Shown one piece after another: positions 24,063 through 35,800 of a stretch of DNA of 64,000 nucleotides (the first letter of the stretch is position 1; each line of letters begins with the position of its first letter). Source of the stretch: Leucoraja ocellata (lineage: Eukaryota). Made by a program: the position numbers and the translations under genes. The notes under the pieces were generated by a model. It was not told where the DNA came from, ran no database searches, and saw only the letters and a list, made by a program, of their open reading frames with translations. The stretch lies in NCBI GenBank assembly GCA_036785375.1, contig JAWMAR010000070.1, positions 4,030,001 to 4,094,000 of the forward strand, in the 5' to 3' direction.

Positions 24063-26788
24063 AGACTGCTAGCTTGCACCTTCTTAATTTTTGCCACCTC
24101 TTCAAAGGTTTCTTTCGTCAGCTTCGAACTATTGTTTTAACCTTTGCGTGGTTTCTGCTGCTTTAGAGTTTTATACCATGTTAAACTATATTATATGCAT
24201 ACAATTTCCTGGACTTTGTTTCACAGATTAATGAATAATAATGCAACAGAATGCTTCTTAATAAATGGTTGTTGTCAATAAACGGTTTGTCTAATTTGTT
24301 TTGATTAGACTGCGATCGTTTCGCTGAACACCTCCATTGAGTCCGCCCCTACCTGATAACCCGGTCGGTAGCCACGGTAACTCCCCCCTCCCATTCCCAC
24401 ACTGACATTACTGTCCTGGGCATCCTCCATTGTCAGAGTAAGTTGCCGCACAAATTTGAGAACTGCACCTCATATTTCGCTTGGGCTGGTTATACCCCAG
24501 CGGTGTGAACGTTGACTTCTCTAACTTCAAGTAACCCTTGCATTCCCTCTCAATCCAACAAGCCCCCCCCCCCCCCCCCCCCCCACCCAATTGGCATGTT
24601 ATAAATGTAAATCGTCCCCAGTGTGCGTGGGGCAGTGTAATGTGCGGGGATTGCTGGTCAGTGTGGACTCGGTGGGCCGAAGGGCCGTTTTCTTCGCTGT
24701 ATCTCCAAACTAAGCTAAACTAAACCAAACTAAACTAGAGGAAAGTCTATTCTTGTGCAGAACAAAATGGTTGAGTTGCAGCTTGCAAAGCGCGGGGTGT
24801 GAAACTGCAAATACATTGTGTTGCTTTCCTTAGTCTGACTCGTGACTGTAACCCCGCCCATGAAGGAACTATGAAGGATGTTGTTTGCGAATACAAAATG
24901 GTGACCTGCAATAACGGAGTAACCGCCATAAAGTTCGGAAAGATTCAAAGATTGCTAAAATGTCCCACTGACAAAGATAAATATTCTCCACACAGTAAGC
25001 GGGGAGACGCGGACATGAGACCAGAGACTGCTGTGAACTCACAAACCCCCAGGTCAGGGATATCAGAGGGGTGCTGAATAGCCAGAGATACTTGCAGATT
25101 CTGTGGACACATTGATGCTGCCTGGCCCGTTCAAATTGAGCGTGTTAATGGTCTAATGGAGGAATGATCTTGCGTTGGATCATTTCCCCACTGCAGGACA
25201 TCCCAAAGTGCCTCTCAGATAATGAGAGATAAACGGTCTGAGATGCCACAGATATACACAAAATACTGGAGCAATTCCGCGGGAAGGGCGGCATCACTCG
25301 AGGGAAAGAACGGGTGACATTTCGGGTGATGCCACTGTTGTGTTTAGCGGTGGGAGCTGACTTGCAATGTACTTGAATCTAATATGGTCAAACAGTAATT
25401 TCTCCCTTTATACTGAATTGTTCTGCAGTGCTGACACTTTGCTCGCGCTGCTGAAACAAGAGTGTGTAGATTCGTATATCTGAACCGCATCTTGCGAGCA
25501 GCTCGCTGTAACACTGATTGCTGAGCAGTGTTTGCAGAAGTCATGGGTCAATGGTGAATGAAGACAGGATTAAATTGTTTTACTGCATCGTCGGTTCCTC
25601 TCTGCAGTGTTTTTAGTTGGGCAAGTAAACAGGAAATAACTCCGAACAAAATATCCTTTACTGAGGGTCGCCAACGCTCAGCTAACATCAGTGACGGACA
25701 CATCAGTGTGTTACACCTATACCACGTGATACACAACAATGCCACTGACGAACACAATCCGAATAAACTGTACTGTTCCCCTGAAAGTAACACATCCAGA
25801 ACGATAGCCCACAGCAGATATTAAGTCATATTATAATGCAACTAGTTGACTACAGAATGAAATCGTTGCAAGCAGATGTACAAAATCAACCAATGGAATG
25901 TACATGACCACAACTCTGATAATTTATTAGCACTTGTGAAGAAGACAAGTTAACAATTCAATTCACCGTGCATATTCTACCTTGCTTTAACTTCACTAAG
26001 TGTATCACTTCAGCAATATTCCAAAACAAAAGTTCCATGTGTTTGGTCTGCCGGTCCACTTACAAAATCATCAAATGGGAATGATCCGGAAGTGTACACA
26101 TCTTAGACGTTTTTACTCTTTTTTTTTTGTTTTTGTTTATTTTATTAGAAGTTAATACAGTACAAAACAGTGCAGTGGAACCTAATTTTTACTCTTGTAA
26201 ATGTCATATTATATACAACGTATCATTGTTTACATGAAGGGTCCCGACCCGAAACGTCATCTATCCATTTTCTCCAGAGGTGCTGACGGGCCCACAGTGT
26301 TGCTCCTGCATTTTTTTTGTCTGTCAATATTTCCACCACAGTTCAGTGTTAACAGACTCTGAGTACAGAGATAACCGGCGCTCCATCCTTACGGATACAT
26401 CACACTTGACGAAGTGGCTGAAGCAGCTGCAATAACAACGTGGAACGGGCACTTGGACAGGTCTACGGATAGGGAAGGTTTGGGGAGATATGGGTCGAGC
26501 GTGGGCAAATTTGACTAACTTAGATGAGCATATTGGTCTAACGATTTGGGGAGAAGGGCCTGTTTCCGTGACGTATGACTCTGTGATCATCTGACCCAAC
26601 CATTTGCTAATATAACCCTGAACCTTTCACACTACATCGTGTCGAGCTGCTGCTGGCTCGCTGTGGTTCACGATCTGACGTCCTGTTCCCTTCTAAGTCA
26701 TTGCTATTTGAGAGATGCGATTGTATCTGAGAGCTCAGACCTGAGCGACAGACAGACAAGTGCTGGTCTCGTCACTGCGGATAAAACA

Positions 26789-26825
26789 ATGTGGATTCCC
26801 ATTCTTATCATCGCCTCGCTGCCGG
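26789..26825 (+). CDS. Gene C leader exon MWIPILIIASLP
   Basis: Paralogue of 11002-11038. Confidence 0.85.
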
Positions 26826-29800
26826 GTGAGTGAAAGCCAGATCCTGATATTCCAATGATCAATGTTAGTTGGGGTCCCGTGCACCCTTTCCACAGCAGAG
26901 ATGGTTAAGTGTGTGTAGACATGTAATGGGGGAAATGGAACTCAGTGCATTGTGGTGATGGATCTGAAATCACATTTGAATATCTAGACTATGTTCGTAG
27001 TTTAACCACCGCTAACCACCGTTTAGTGTAAGGTAAGGCCAGCAAAGTCCGATCAAGGGTAGTCCGAGGGTCACCAAAGAGGTAGATAGTTGAGCACTGC
27101 TCTCTGGTTATGGGAGGATGATTCCGATGTCTGATAACAGCTGGGAAGAAACATCCCCCGAATCTGGCGGTGTGCGTTGTCACGCTACTAACGCTCTCCG
27201 TTAATGGACCCGCTCTCCGTAAATGGACCCGTAACTCGTCCGTCCTCTGTCCTCAGTCAAGGCGTTGGAAAGCATTGGCGGCGGTGAATGTCTAAACACG
27301 GGTCGGCTTTCCGCGTCCGGGTGGGACTCGAGAAGGACCAGGCGCTGTCCACGGGCACCTGGGGGATTTCCGGGACATCTGGGCACCGCCTGTGGTTGAA
27401 TACATCCTTGACAAGTATTGTAACATCGTTGTATAGTAGTTTATTTAGTATATTTGGTTGTCTTGTATTATGGTGCTGGGTTCTTGTTTTATTGTAGTGT
27501 AAATATTATTTTTAATAATTGAATAAATTATTTGATAATTTTAAAAAACACGGATCCGGCCCAGTGTCGGTTGAGAGATGAATGTTGGCAGCGTAGCCGG
27601 CGGCACCGCCAATTAAATAGCAAAGTGGGGTCTTTCTGTGAGGTGAGAGGCCGGGCGCCGCCTGGGATTGTTGAAAGGCAGCTCCTGCAACACTGCCGCG
27701 CTCCCTCAGTACCGCACTGCGATCCCAGTCCTGTGTCTGCTCAGGGATCTGGAGTGGGAAGTGAACCCAAATTGTACTGACCCGGGGACAGAACACTGAC
27801 ACAAATGGTACAATAACAGCACTGCCTGCACTTCAGACCGGAGACATTGGCCGTGAAGCAATATGACACATCATGGAACGNNNNNNNNNNNNNNNNNNNN
27901 NNNNNNNNNNNNNNNNNNNNNNNNNNNNNNNNNNNNNNNNNNNNNNNNNNNNNNNNNNNNNNNNNNNNNNNNNNNNNNNNNNNNNNNNNNNNNNNNNNNN
28001 NNNNNNNNNNNNNNNNNNNNNNNNNNNNNNNNNNNCTCTGGACACCCAAGGACACCTTACAGGACATAAAATCGCAATACAATTATCAATATTAAAATTA
28101 AGTTGCCAAAAACCAAAAAACAAATAAATACACAAAATATTTTGTCATTAAAATCAGGGTGAACATGGTGGAAGTTATGTCGGGTATGCTAATCTAAACA
28201 GGTGTGTTTTGAGTTGTGATTTGAATTGATCGATAGTGTCCAGGTGACGGAAGGGAGGTGGGAGAGTGTTCCAGAGACGTGGGGCAGAGCAGCTGAAGGC
28301 TCTGGCACCCATAGATAGATATAGATATGCCATTTATTGTCACTATACATGTACAGTGAAACTGAAAGCTGCTCGTACTCAGTGCATACATACAATTTTA
28401 GCACAAAAAACAAGAAACAGAAAAAACAAAAAACAGAAGGGAGATGGGGGGGGGGGGGGGGGGGGAATAGGTGCACAAATTCTGCGGCGTTACATACATA
28501 TATACATATATACAGATGGAAGTCCGTGTTGGGCGGTGTAGTCAGTGCATGTGTGAATTTGAATTTATAGCTTTCATGGTGCTGAGTTTATAGCTCCCAT
28601 GGTGCTGAGTCTAAATGTGGGGACAGTTAAAATTACAGCTGAGGAGGAACGAAGTGACCGGGAAGGAGTGTATGGTAGCAGCAGGTCAGAGAGCTATTGG
28701 GGAGCAAGGTGCGGTAGTTCTTTGAAGGTCAGCAATAAAATCTTGTAGTTAATCCGGTGGTGCACAGGGAGCCAGTGGAGCTGAGTGAGGATGGGTGTGA
28801 TGTGGTCAGATGATCTGGTGCGGGTGATGATCCGGGCTGCAGAGCTCCTGCAACACCGCCACGCTCCCTCACTACCGCACTGCGATCCCAGCCCAGTTTC
28901 TGTTCAGGGATCTGGAGTGGGAAGTGAACACAAATTGTACTGACCCGGGGACAGAACACTGACACAACTGGTACAATAACAGCACTGCCTGCACTTCAGA
29001 CCGGAGACATTGGCCGTGAAGCAATATGACACATCATGGAACTATTTAAGTTTTCTTTCATGTAATCTTCAAAATGTATCTATTTCCACTAAACTGTTCA
29101 TTTGCTCTCCATCTGAAAGTTTCTCCCCTTCAGTTTCAGGTGCAGTGTGGGGAGAGATGTATGTAAGAGGAGTTGTGGGAAGTGCGATTACAATCGATTG
29201 TCACTATGCAGCAGAGTACCGCTCACACACAAAATACTGGTGCCGTGTGCAGAATCGCCAATGTACAGATATGGTGGAAACAATTGGGCTACGCGGAAGG
29301 AGAGGAAGAATGTCAATCACAGATAGCCCGGAACGAGGAATATTTACTGTGACTGTGGAGGATTTTCTCTCTGGCGATACAGGCTGGTACAGATGTGGAA
29401 TTACAACATCTAACGGCCTCCCAATGTTTACCGTAGAACTCGTTGTATCTGACGGTACGTTTCGCAGCGATTGACGTGTCGTCTCCACTGACTCGCCACT
29501 TCCCGCCATTCTGAAAAGGACCCGTTCACTCCTACTCTTTGCTTCCTGTCTGCCAACCAATTTCCTATCCACGTCAACACCCTTCCATGCGCTCTCATTT
29601 TAGTCACCAGTCTGCCGTGCGGAACCTTATCAAAGGATTTCTTGAAGTCTAGATACACTACATTCACTGGCTCACCTTCGTCCATTTTACTTGCCACCTC
29701 CTCGAAAAATTCCAGAAGATAGTCAGGCATGATTTTCCTTTCATAAATCCATGCTGACTTGGACTAATTATTTTACTGTAAACTTACAACCCAGCGGTTT

Positions 29801-32800
29801 GAATGTTGACTTCTCTAACTTCAAGTAATACTTGCTTCACTCCTGTCTCCATCCCGCCCCATCCGAAGCCTCCAATTATTTTCACTGCCCTCCAGGTTAT
29901 ATTTTACTGATTGTATGCCTTCCCTTCAGCTGACAATAATCCATTCTACATTTTTAAAAACATTTTCACCTTTGATCACTTGTTTTCACACCGTACCCTT
30001 CCATTTCTCACCTGTCTCCCTTTCTCATGATTCTCAGACTGAAGAAGGGTCACGATTCGAAACGTCACCTACGCCTTCTCTCGAAAGATGCTGCCTAATC
30101 CGCCGAGTTGCTCCTGCATTTTGTGTCTATCTTAAAGGGACGTAACATCCCAACATATGTTCTGAGGGACAGCATTTTCCACACATTGGCTGATATTTAT
30201 ATGGAACCTGCTGCCAGGGGAAGGTGTTAAGGCAGTTAGAATAGCAGCATTTAAAATATTTTTTTGATATTTGCGTAGATTGGGATCATTGCGAGTGATA
30301 AGGGAGAAACGTGGACATATGGAAATGGTCCAGAAAGACATGTTGGTCGGCATGAATGAGCTGTTGTGATGGGCATCTTTCGGTTCTGTATAACTCTAAC
30401 CTTCTTCAGTTTCTGTGCTTCGCACACTCACAGAGATGTAGATGAGCCGGTGAGATATCAACCGGACGGTTCGGGCTGAGATAAAGGGCTGCTGAGATTT
30501 AGCACGTGTTTGGTTTTGAACTGTTCATACAGGTGACTGGATGTTTGTTCCATTCCCACAGAACCCGTGTCTGCTCCTGTACTCAGATATCTGTCACCAG
30601 CAAATGCCTCACGTCTCGGAGGCTCAGTGTCAGTGTCGTGTGAGTCTGTCCGTGGATCCCTTCCCATCCATTACACATGGTTTGAGAAGAACGAGGATGG
30701 GTGTTCAACGACCTTGTCTGGCAATCAACTGGATCTGAGTTGTGAAATCCTCGAAGGCCAACAGCGTCAATATTACTGCCGAGCCACAAATAATCATGGG
30801 ACAAAATCCAGTGAAATACTCAACGTGAAAGTCTTCAAAGGAGCAGGAACGTGCAGTTATGTGACAGAAATGAACAATGCAGGTGAGTGTTTTTCTCGTG
30901 TCCCTGAACCTGCTGCTATTCATTCACCTTGTGGTGATGTTCATGGATTTCTTGTTATTTGCAGACGGCATCATTGCAGCCATCGGGAGCTCATGGTGTA
31001 AAATGCGAGTTTGTTTGGGGGACTGGTAAATGATTGCCTGTTGCTTTCACCTGGGAGGTGTTGAGAAATGTCAGCAAATGAGAGAAATACCTGCGGGTTC
31101 AGTGCATTCCATCAAAATTATTTTCTGGCTGCCGCACTTTGAGACAGAGAAATAAACCAAATTCATTCTGTTTGGATCCATCATCAGTTATAACCAAGGA
31201 TGCACAATTTTATGATCATGTTCATGATTTTAACTCTGTTAATTTGTGTTAAACTCCAGTAATCTCACAAAATTAAATTGGAATCTACTTGGCCGTCACT
31301 CCATCAAGTATAACCCTTACTTTTGTCAAAGATAATTTTGAAAAGAACTTCCCTGTAGGTGTGGAGACGCTCAGATTGGAAGTCCAGAAGAGGGTGTGAA
31401 TGGTTTACATCAGCGAGACCAATTTTATACAAGGCCAGTTCTTCTTAAACTATTACAGTGTCATTCGCCCTTGAGTCTTTATTACAAAATTTAATTCACC
31501 CTCCACAAAATGTTCTTATGTTCTTTTGGTTATTATCATCGTATTTTCCTTTGTGCATAATTTTATAGATAATTGATTTTATCACATGAGCAAAAAACGT
31601 AAATTAAGTAATTTACCCCAAAATAATTATATTCGCCCTTGGGTGAACCATTCATCAGTTTAAGAAGCACTGGCCTAGGCTACAATTTCGCCGAACACTT
31701 GTGTTTGGTTTGTCATGACCCAGAGTCGCGCTTGATAGACACCCCATCCTCAACCTCCCCCGCTGATGCAGAGCAGCAGCAGTTTACACCATCTGCACGA
31801 TGCACTGCAGCAACTCACCAAGACTCCCTAGACAGCGCCTTCCAATTGCAACAGGCTCCATGTTCAGTGCATCATTCTTCACCATTCACACCCACATTGG
31901 CTGGGAAGCGCTTTGGAACGACCTGTGCAGATGGTGAGGGACGGTGTACAGTATCTGTCTCTCATCGCAATCTAGGTGGAATTCAACACAGTTAAGAAAA
32001 TGATTGGGCGGACTCCCCTGTACACATTGATGTATACTCTAATGTATATGTTCGTGAAAGGATAATTTTGCTCTTCAATTTATGAAAGATTGTTCCTTCA
32101 GTTTCAGGTGCACTGTGGGCAGAGAGCGAAGTGCGAGGGGTTGTGGGAAGAGCGATCACAATCGATTGTCACTATGCAGCAGTGTACCGCTCACACACAA
32201 AATACTGGTGCTCTGGGACAAGTCGCCAGTGTACACATGTAGGTGAAACAAATGGGAAACATGGACGGAGCCGAAGAGTGTCAATCACAGATAACCCGGC
32301 ACGAGGAATATTTACTGTGACTGTGGAGGATCTTCACTCTGGAGATACAGGATGGTACAGATGTGGAATTACTGCACCTGGCGAACCAACATTTAAAGTA
32401 TATCTCCAAGTATATGAAGGTAGGTTTCTCAGTGAGTGACTTGATGTCCACTTTGGCAACGGGCAAAATATTTGTTACGTGGGAGTCTGGTGCACAGGTC
32501 TGGTCACCGCTTTATAAAACAAAAGATGTGAACGGTTTGTAGAGTTTACAGAAAAAATGTACACCCGGAATATTACAAATGTAACATGGAAACGGATCCT
32601 TCGGCCCACCGAGTCCTCACCACCTAGCGATCACCGGTCACACTAGTTCTATGTTATTCCACTTTCCCATTCGCTCCCTACACACTATTCTACAATACCG
32701 CAAATCACACACCTCATTAGTACAACAGTATCACTATCAACAATTTTATGCAAGGAAATTAAAAAGTTGTTGATACTGTTGCACTAATGAAGTGTTTGAA

Positions 32801-35800
32801 AGTTCAGCTTAAAAGCACAGTTTCAGATTAAAAGAAGATTAACTGCAGATGCTGGAATTGTAAAACAAAGAGAGATGGTGCAGCTGTGTACTGGTACAGT
32901 GGCAGACATGGTAGTTCTGGCGGCTGGGAGGATGGAGAGACACAGAGATGTCTAAATCTGGTAAGTGGATTGTGAGGAGAAGGAGCAGAGAAGATTTACA
33001 AGGATGTTGCGATGACTTGAGGGCCTGGTATGCAGGGAGGGGTTGAGCAGATTAGGGCTTTATTCCTTGGAACGCAGGAGGATGAGGGGTGATTTTATTG
33101 CAGGTAAACAAATCCTGCGAGTTTAAAATAAAATTGGACCCCAACACAGAATTGATTATTTTTGGAACAATGGAAGCCGGGTCTAAGGTGATTTCGTTCC
33201 AAAATTCTCTCCTTAACCATGGCTTGATAACAGCAAAAAAAAAACGTATACTCAAATTCTGGAAGAACGAACCCACCCCCACGCTTAAAATGTGGATTTC
33301 AAGCATGTCTGAAATGTTACACCTCGAAGATATGAGATTCGTCCTAGCATGTAAAGCAGACCAATTCCTATAGATTTGGTCTCCTTTTATCGACTTATTC
33401 CAAGTACATGGTGCAACATAACCCTGGAAATTAACTGTTTCAGAACTAGGGGAGGGGTGTGGAAAGACATGAAGCAGGTATATCCCTTCTCCCTTTTATT
33501 CTTTTTCTGTTTTGTTTTATTATTATTTTATTTTATTTTCTATTTTTTATTTCTATTTACTAATTTATGTATTTATTTTTCGGGGGGGGGGGGGGGGTTC
33601 ACGTTTTTTTTTGCGGCTTTATATCTTTACGGTGTGGCGGCTCCTAAGGGTCGTGCCATTATACTGCCGAACCCCTCGGCACAGGAGTGGCGCAGTCCGG
33701 AGGCGGTCCTTAGCCGGAGGGTATAAAAGGCAGGGTTTGGGTGCCATCTTAACCTGGTTTCGTCTTCCCCTGAACCGGGAGGAATTAAAGTAAAGTGCTT
33801 CTCAAACTTCAGACTACTTGCCTCATTTTGAGACCCACGCACTACAACGGGTTCTTTCTATCTATTCTTTCACGAACTATCAATATCACTACTTTACTTA
33901 ACTTTCTCTCTCCTATTTTTTGCTTCTGTTACTTTTCTATTAATAAATTAAAAACAAGAAGTTTTACACTAAATGTAATATGTAAAACACGGTTTATACT
34001 ACTGTACATTGATTCAAATAAAAATATTTATTAATTTTTTTTTTTAAATCACAAAAATCACGCGAGGAATAGATCGAGTAAATACACAGTCTTTTGCCCA
34101 GAGTAGGGGAATAGGGAACCAGAGGACATAGTTTTCATATCAGGCGGGAATGATTTAACAGGAACCTGGCGAGTAACGTGTTTACACAAAGGTTGGTAGG
34201 TCCATGAAACGAAATGCTGACGGAAGTAGTTATGGCAGGTACTATCGTAACATTTCAGAAAATATTGGACAGTTACATGAATAGGATATGTTTAGAGGGT
34301 TAAGGGCCAAGAAAGGACAGGTGGAACTAGTGTAGATTGGGCGTGTTGGTCAGCGCGGGCAAGTTAGGCCGAGGTTTCTACTGTATGACTCTACGAATCT
34401 ACGTAGATGGGATGGGTCCGACAGTTATATAAACAATGCTCCCTTTTTCCTGCTGGCAATTCCTGAAATGTAAACGAGAATCGAAGATTGTCTGATGATA
34501 TGTCTGCTCTGTGGTCAGTATTCATCACCATGTTATAGGAAAGATGCTATCAAGTAAGATTGGGTGCAGAGAAGATTTACAAGGCTGCTGCCATGACTTG
34601 AGTGCCTGAACTCCAGGGAGGGATTGAGCGGACTAGGACTTTATTTCTGGGAGAGCAGGAGGATGAGGGATGATCTTATGGCAGCTACAAAATCACGCGA
34701 CGAATAGATCGAGTAAATGCAGTCTCTTGCGTTTGGAAGCTTATGGGCTAAGCAAGGGCAGGTGGAACTAGTGTGGATGGACATGTTGGTCAGCGTGGGC
34801 AAATTAGATCGAAGGGCCTGCTTCTACACTGTATGCCTCTATGACTCTGTACAGGTGGATGGGTGAGATTCCAACCTGGCGGCTCTAGCGAAGATACAGA
34901 AATGGTGGAGATTGGCGAGTGTTTGATTTTAAGATGTTCACCCATTGTCTGACTGTTTGCTCCTTTCCCACAGAACCCGTGTCTGTTCCTGTGCTTGGAT
35001 TTCTGTCACCAGCCGATGTCTCCTGTCTCGGGGGCTCAGTGACAGTGTCCTGTGAGTCGGTCCGGGGATCCCTTCCCATTAACTACAGCTGGTATGAAAA
35101 GACCCCATCTGGGGATTCAAAGATCTCAGACAACAATGCCCTGGATCTACATTGTCAATCCTTCAAACACCAGCACCATCAATATTATTGCACAGCCTCA
35201 AATCAACATGGATCAAAATCCAATGAAATGGTCAACGTGTCCATCTCCAGCAGTGACGTGCCCTGTAGTTTCCTGGTGAAAATCAACGGCACTGGTAAGC
35301 AGTGAAGGGAATGAGGAGAAGAAGGGGCAGTGCGGTGGGGTGGTTCATAAGATTAAGTGATAGAAGCAGAAATAGACCATTCAATCATGACTGATCTATC
35401 TTCTCCTCTTCACCCCATTCTCCTGCCTTCTCCCCATAACCCCCGACACCCTGAAATCCATGCACGTTATTTAATTAACATATCAAGATTAATATGGTGG
35501 AATTATGGCCCATTTGTCAATACTTGGTTGCTGGGCTCCAGAAACAGATTCCCCAGTGCTGGTGTAGGCCAGCTTCCGGGCTAGAACTTCCTCTTATGTT
35601 TACACAGCTTTGGTTTGCAGTGACATCAGTCCAAGCACTTTCAGTTTCCGTCATCTCCACATGACCGACACTCAAATATGGGAAGGGAACAGAAATTATC
35701 AGTAAATGTGGCCGCAGTTACCTCATAGAATTAACTCCTATCAGCTTTGGTCCACTGTGTTAATGTTGACCATTCAGTACCATGGATACTAATCCATTTT

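Noticed and set aside
27741-28135. ORFs spanning N runs (also 51888-52439)
   Set aside because: Artefacts of assembly gaps
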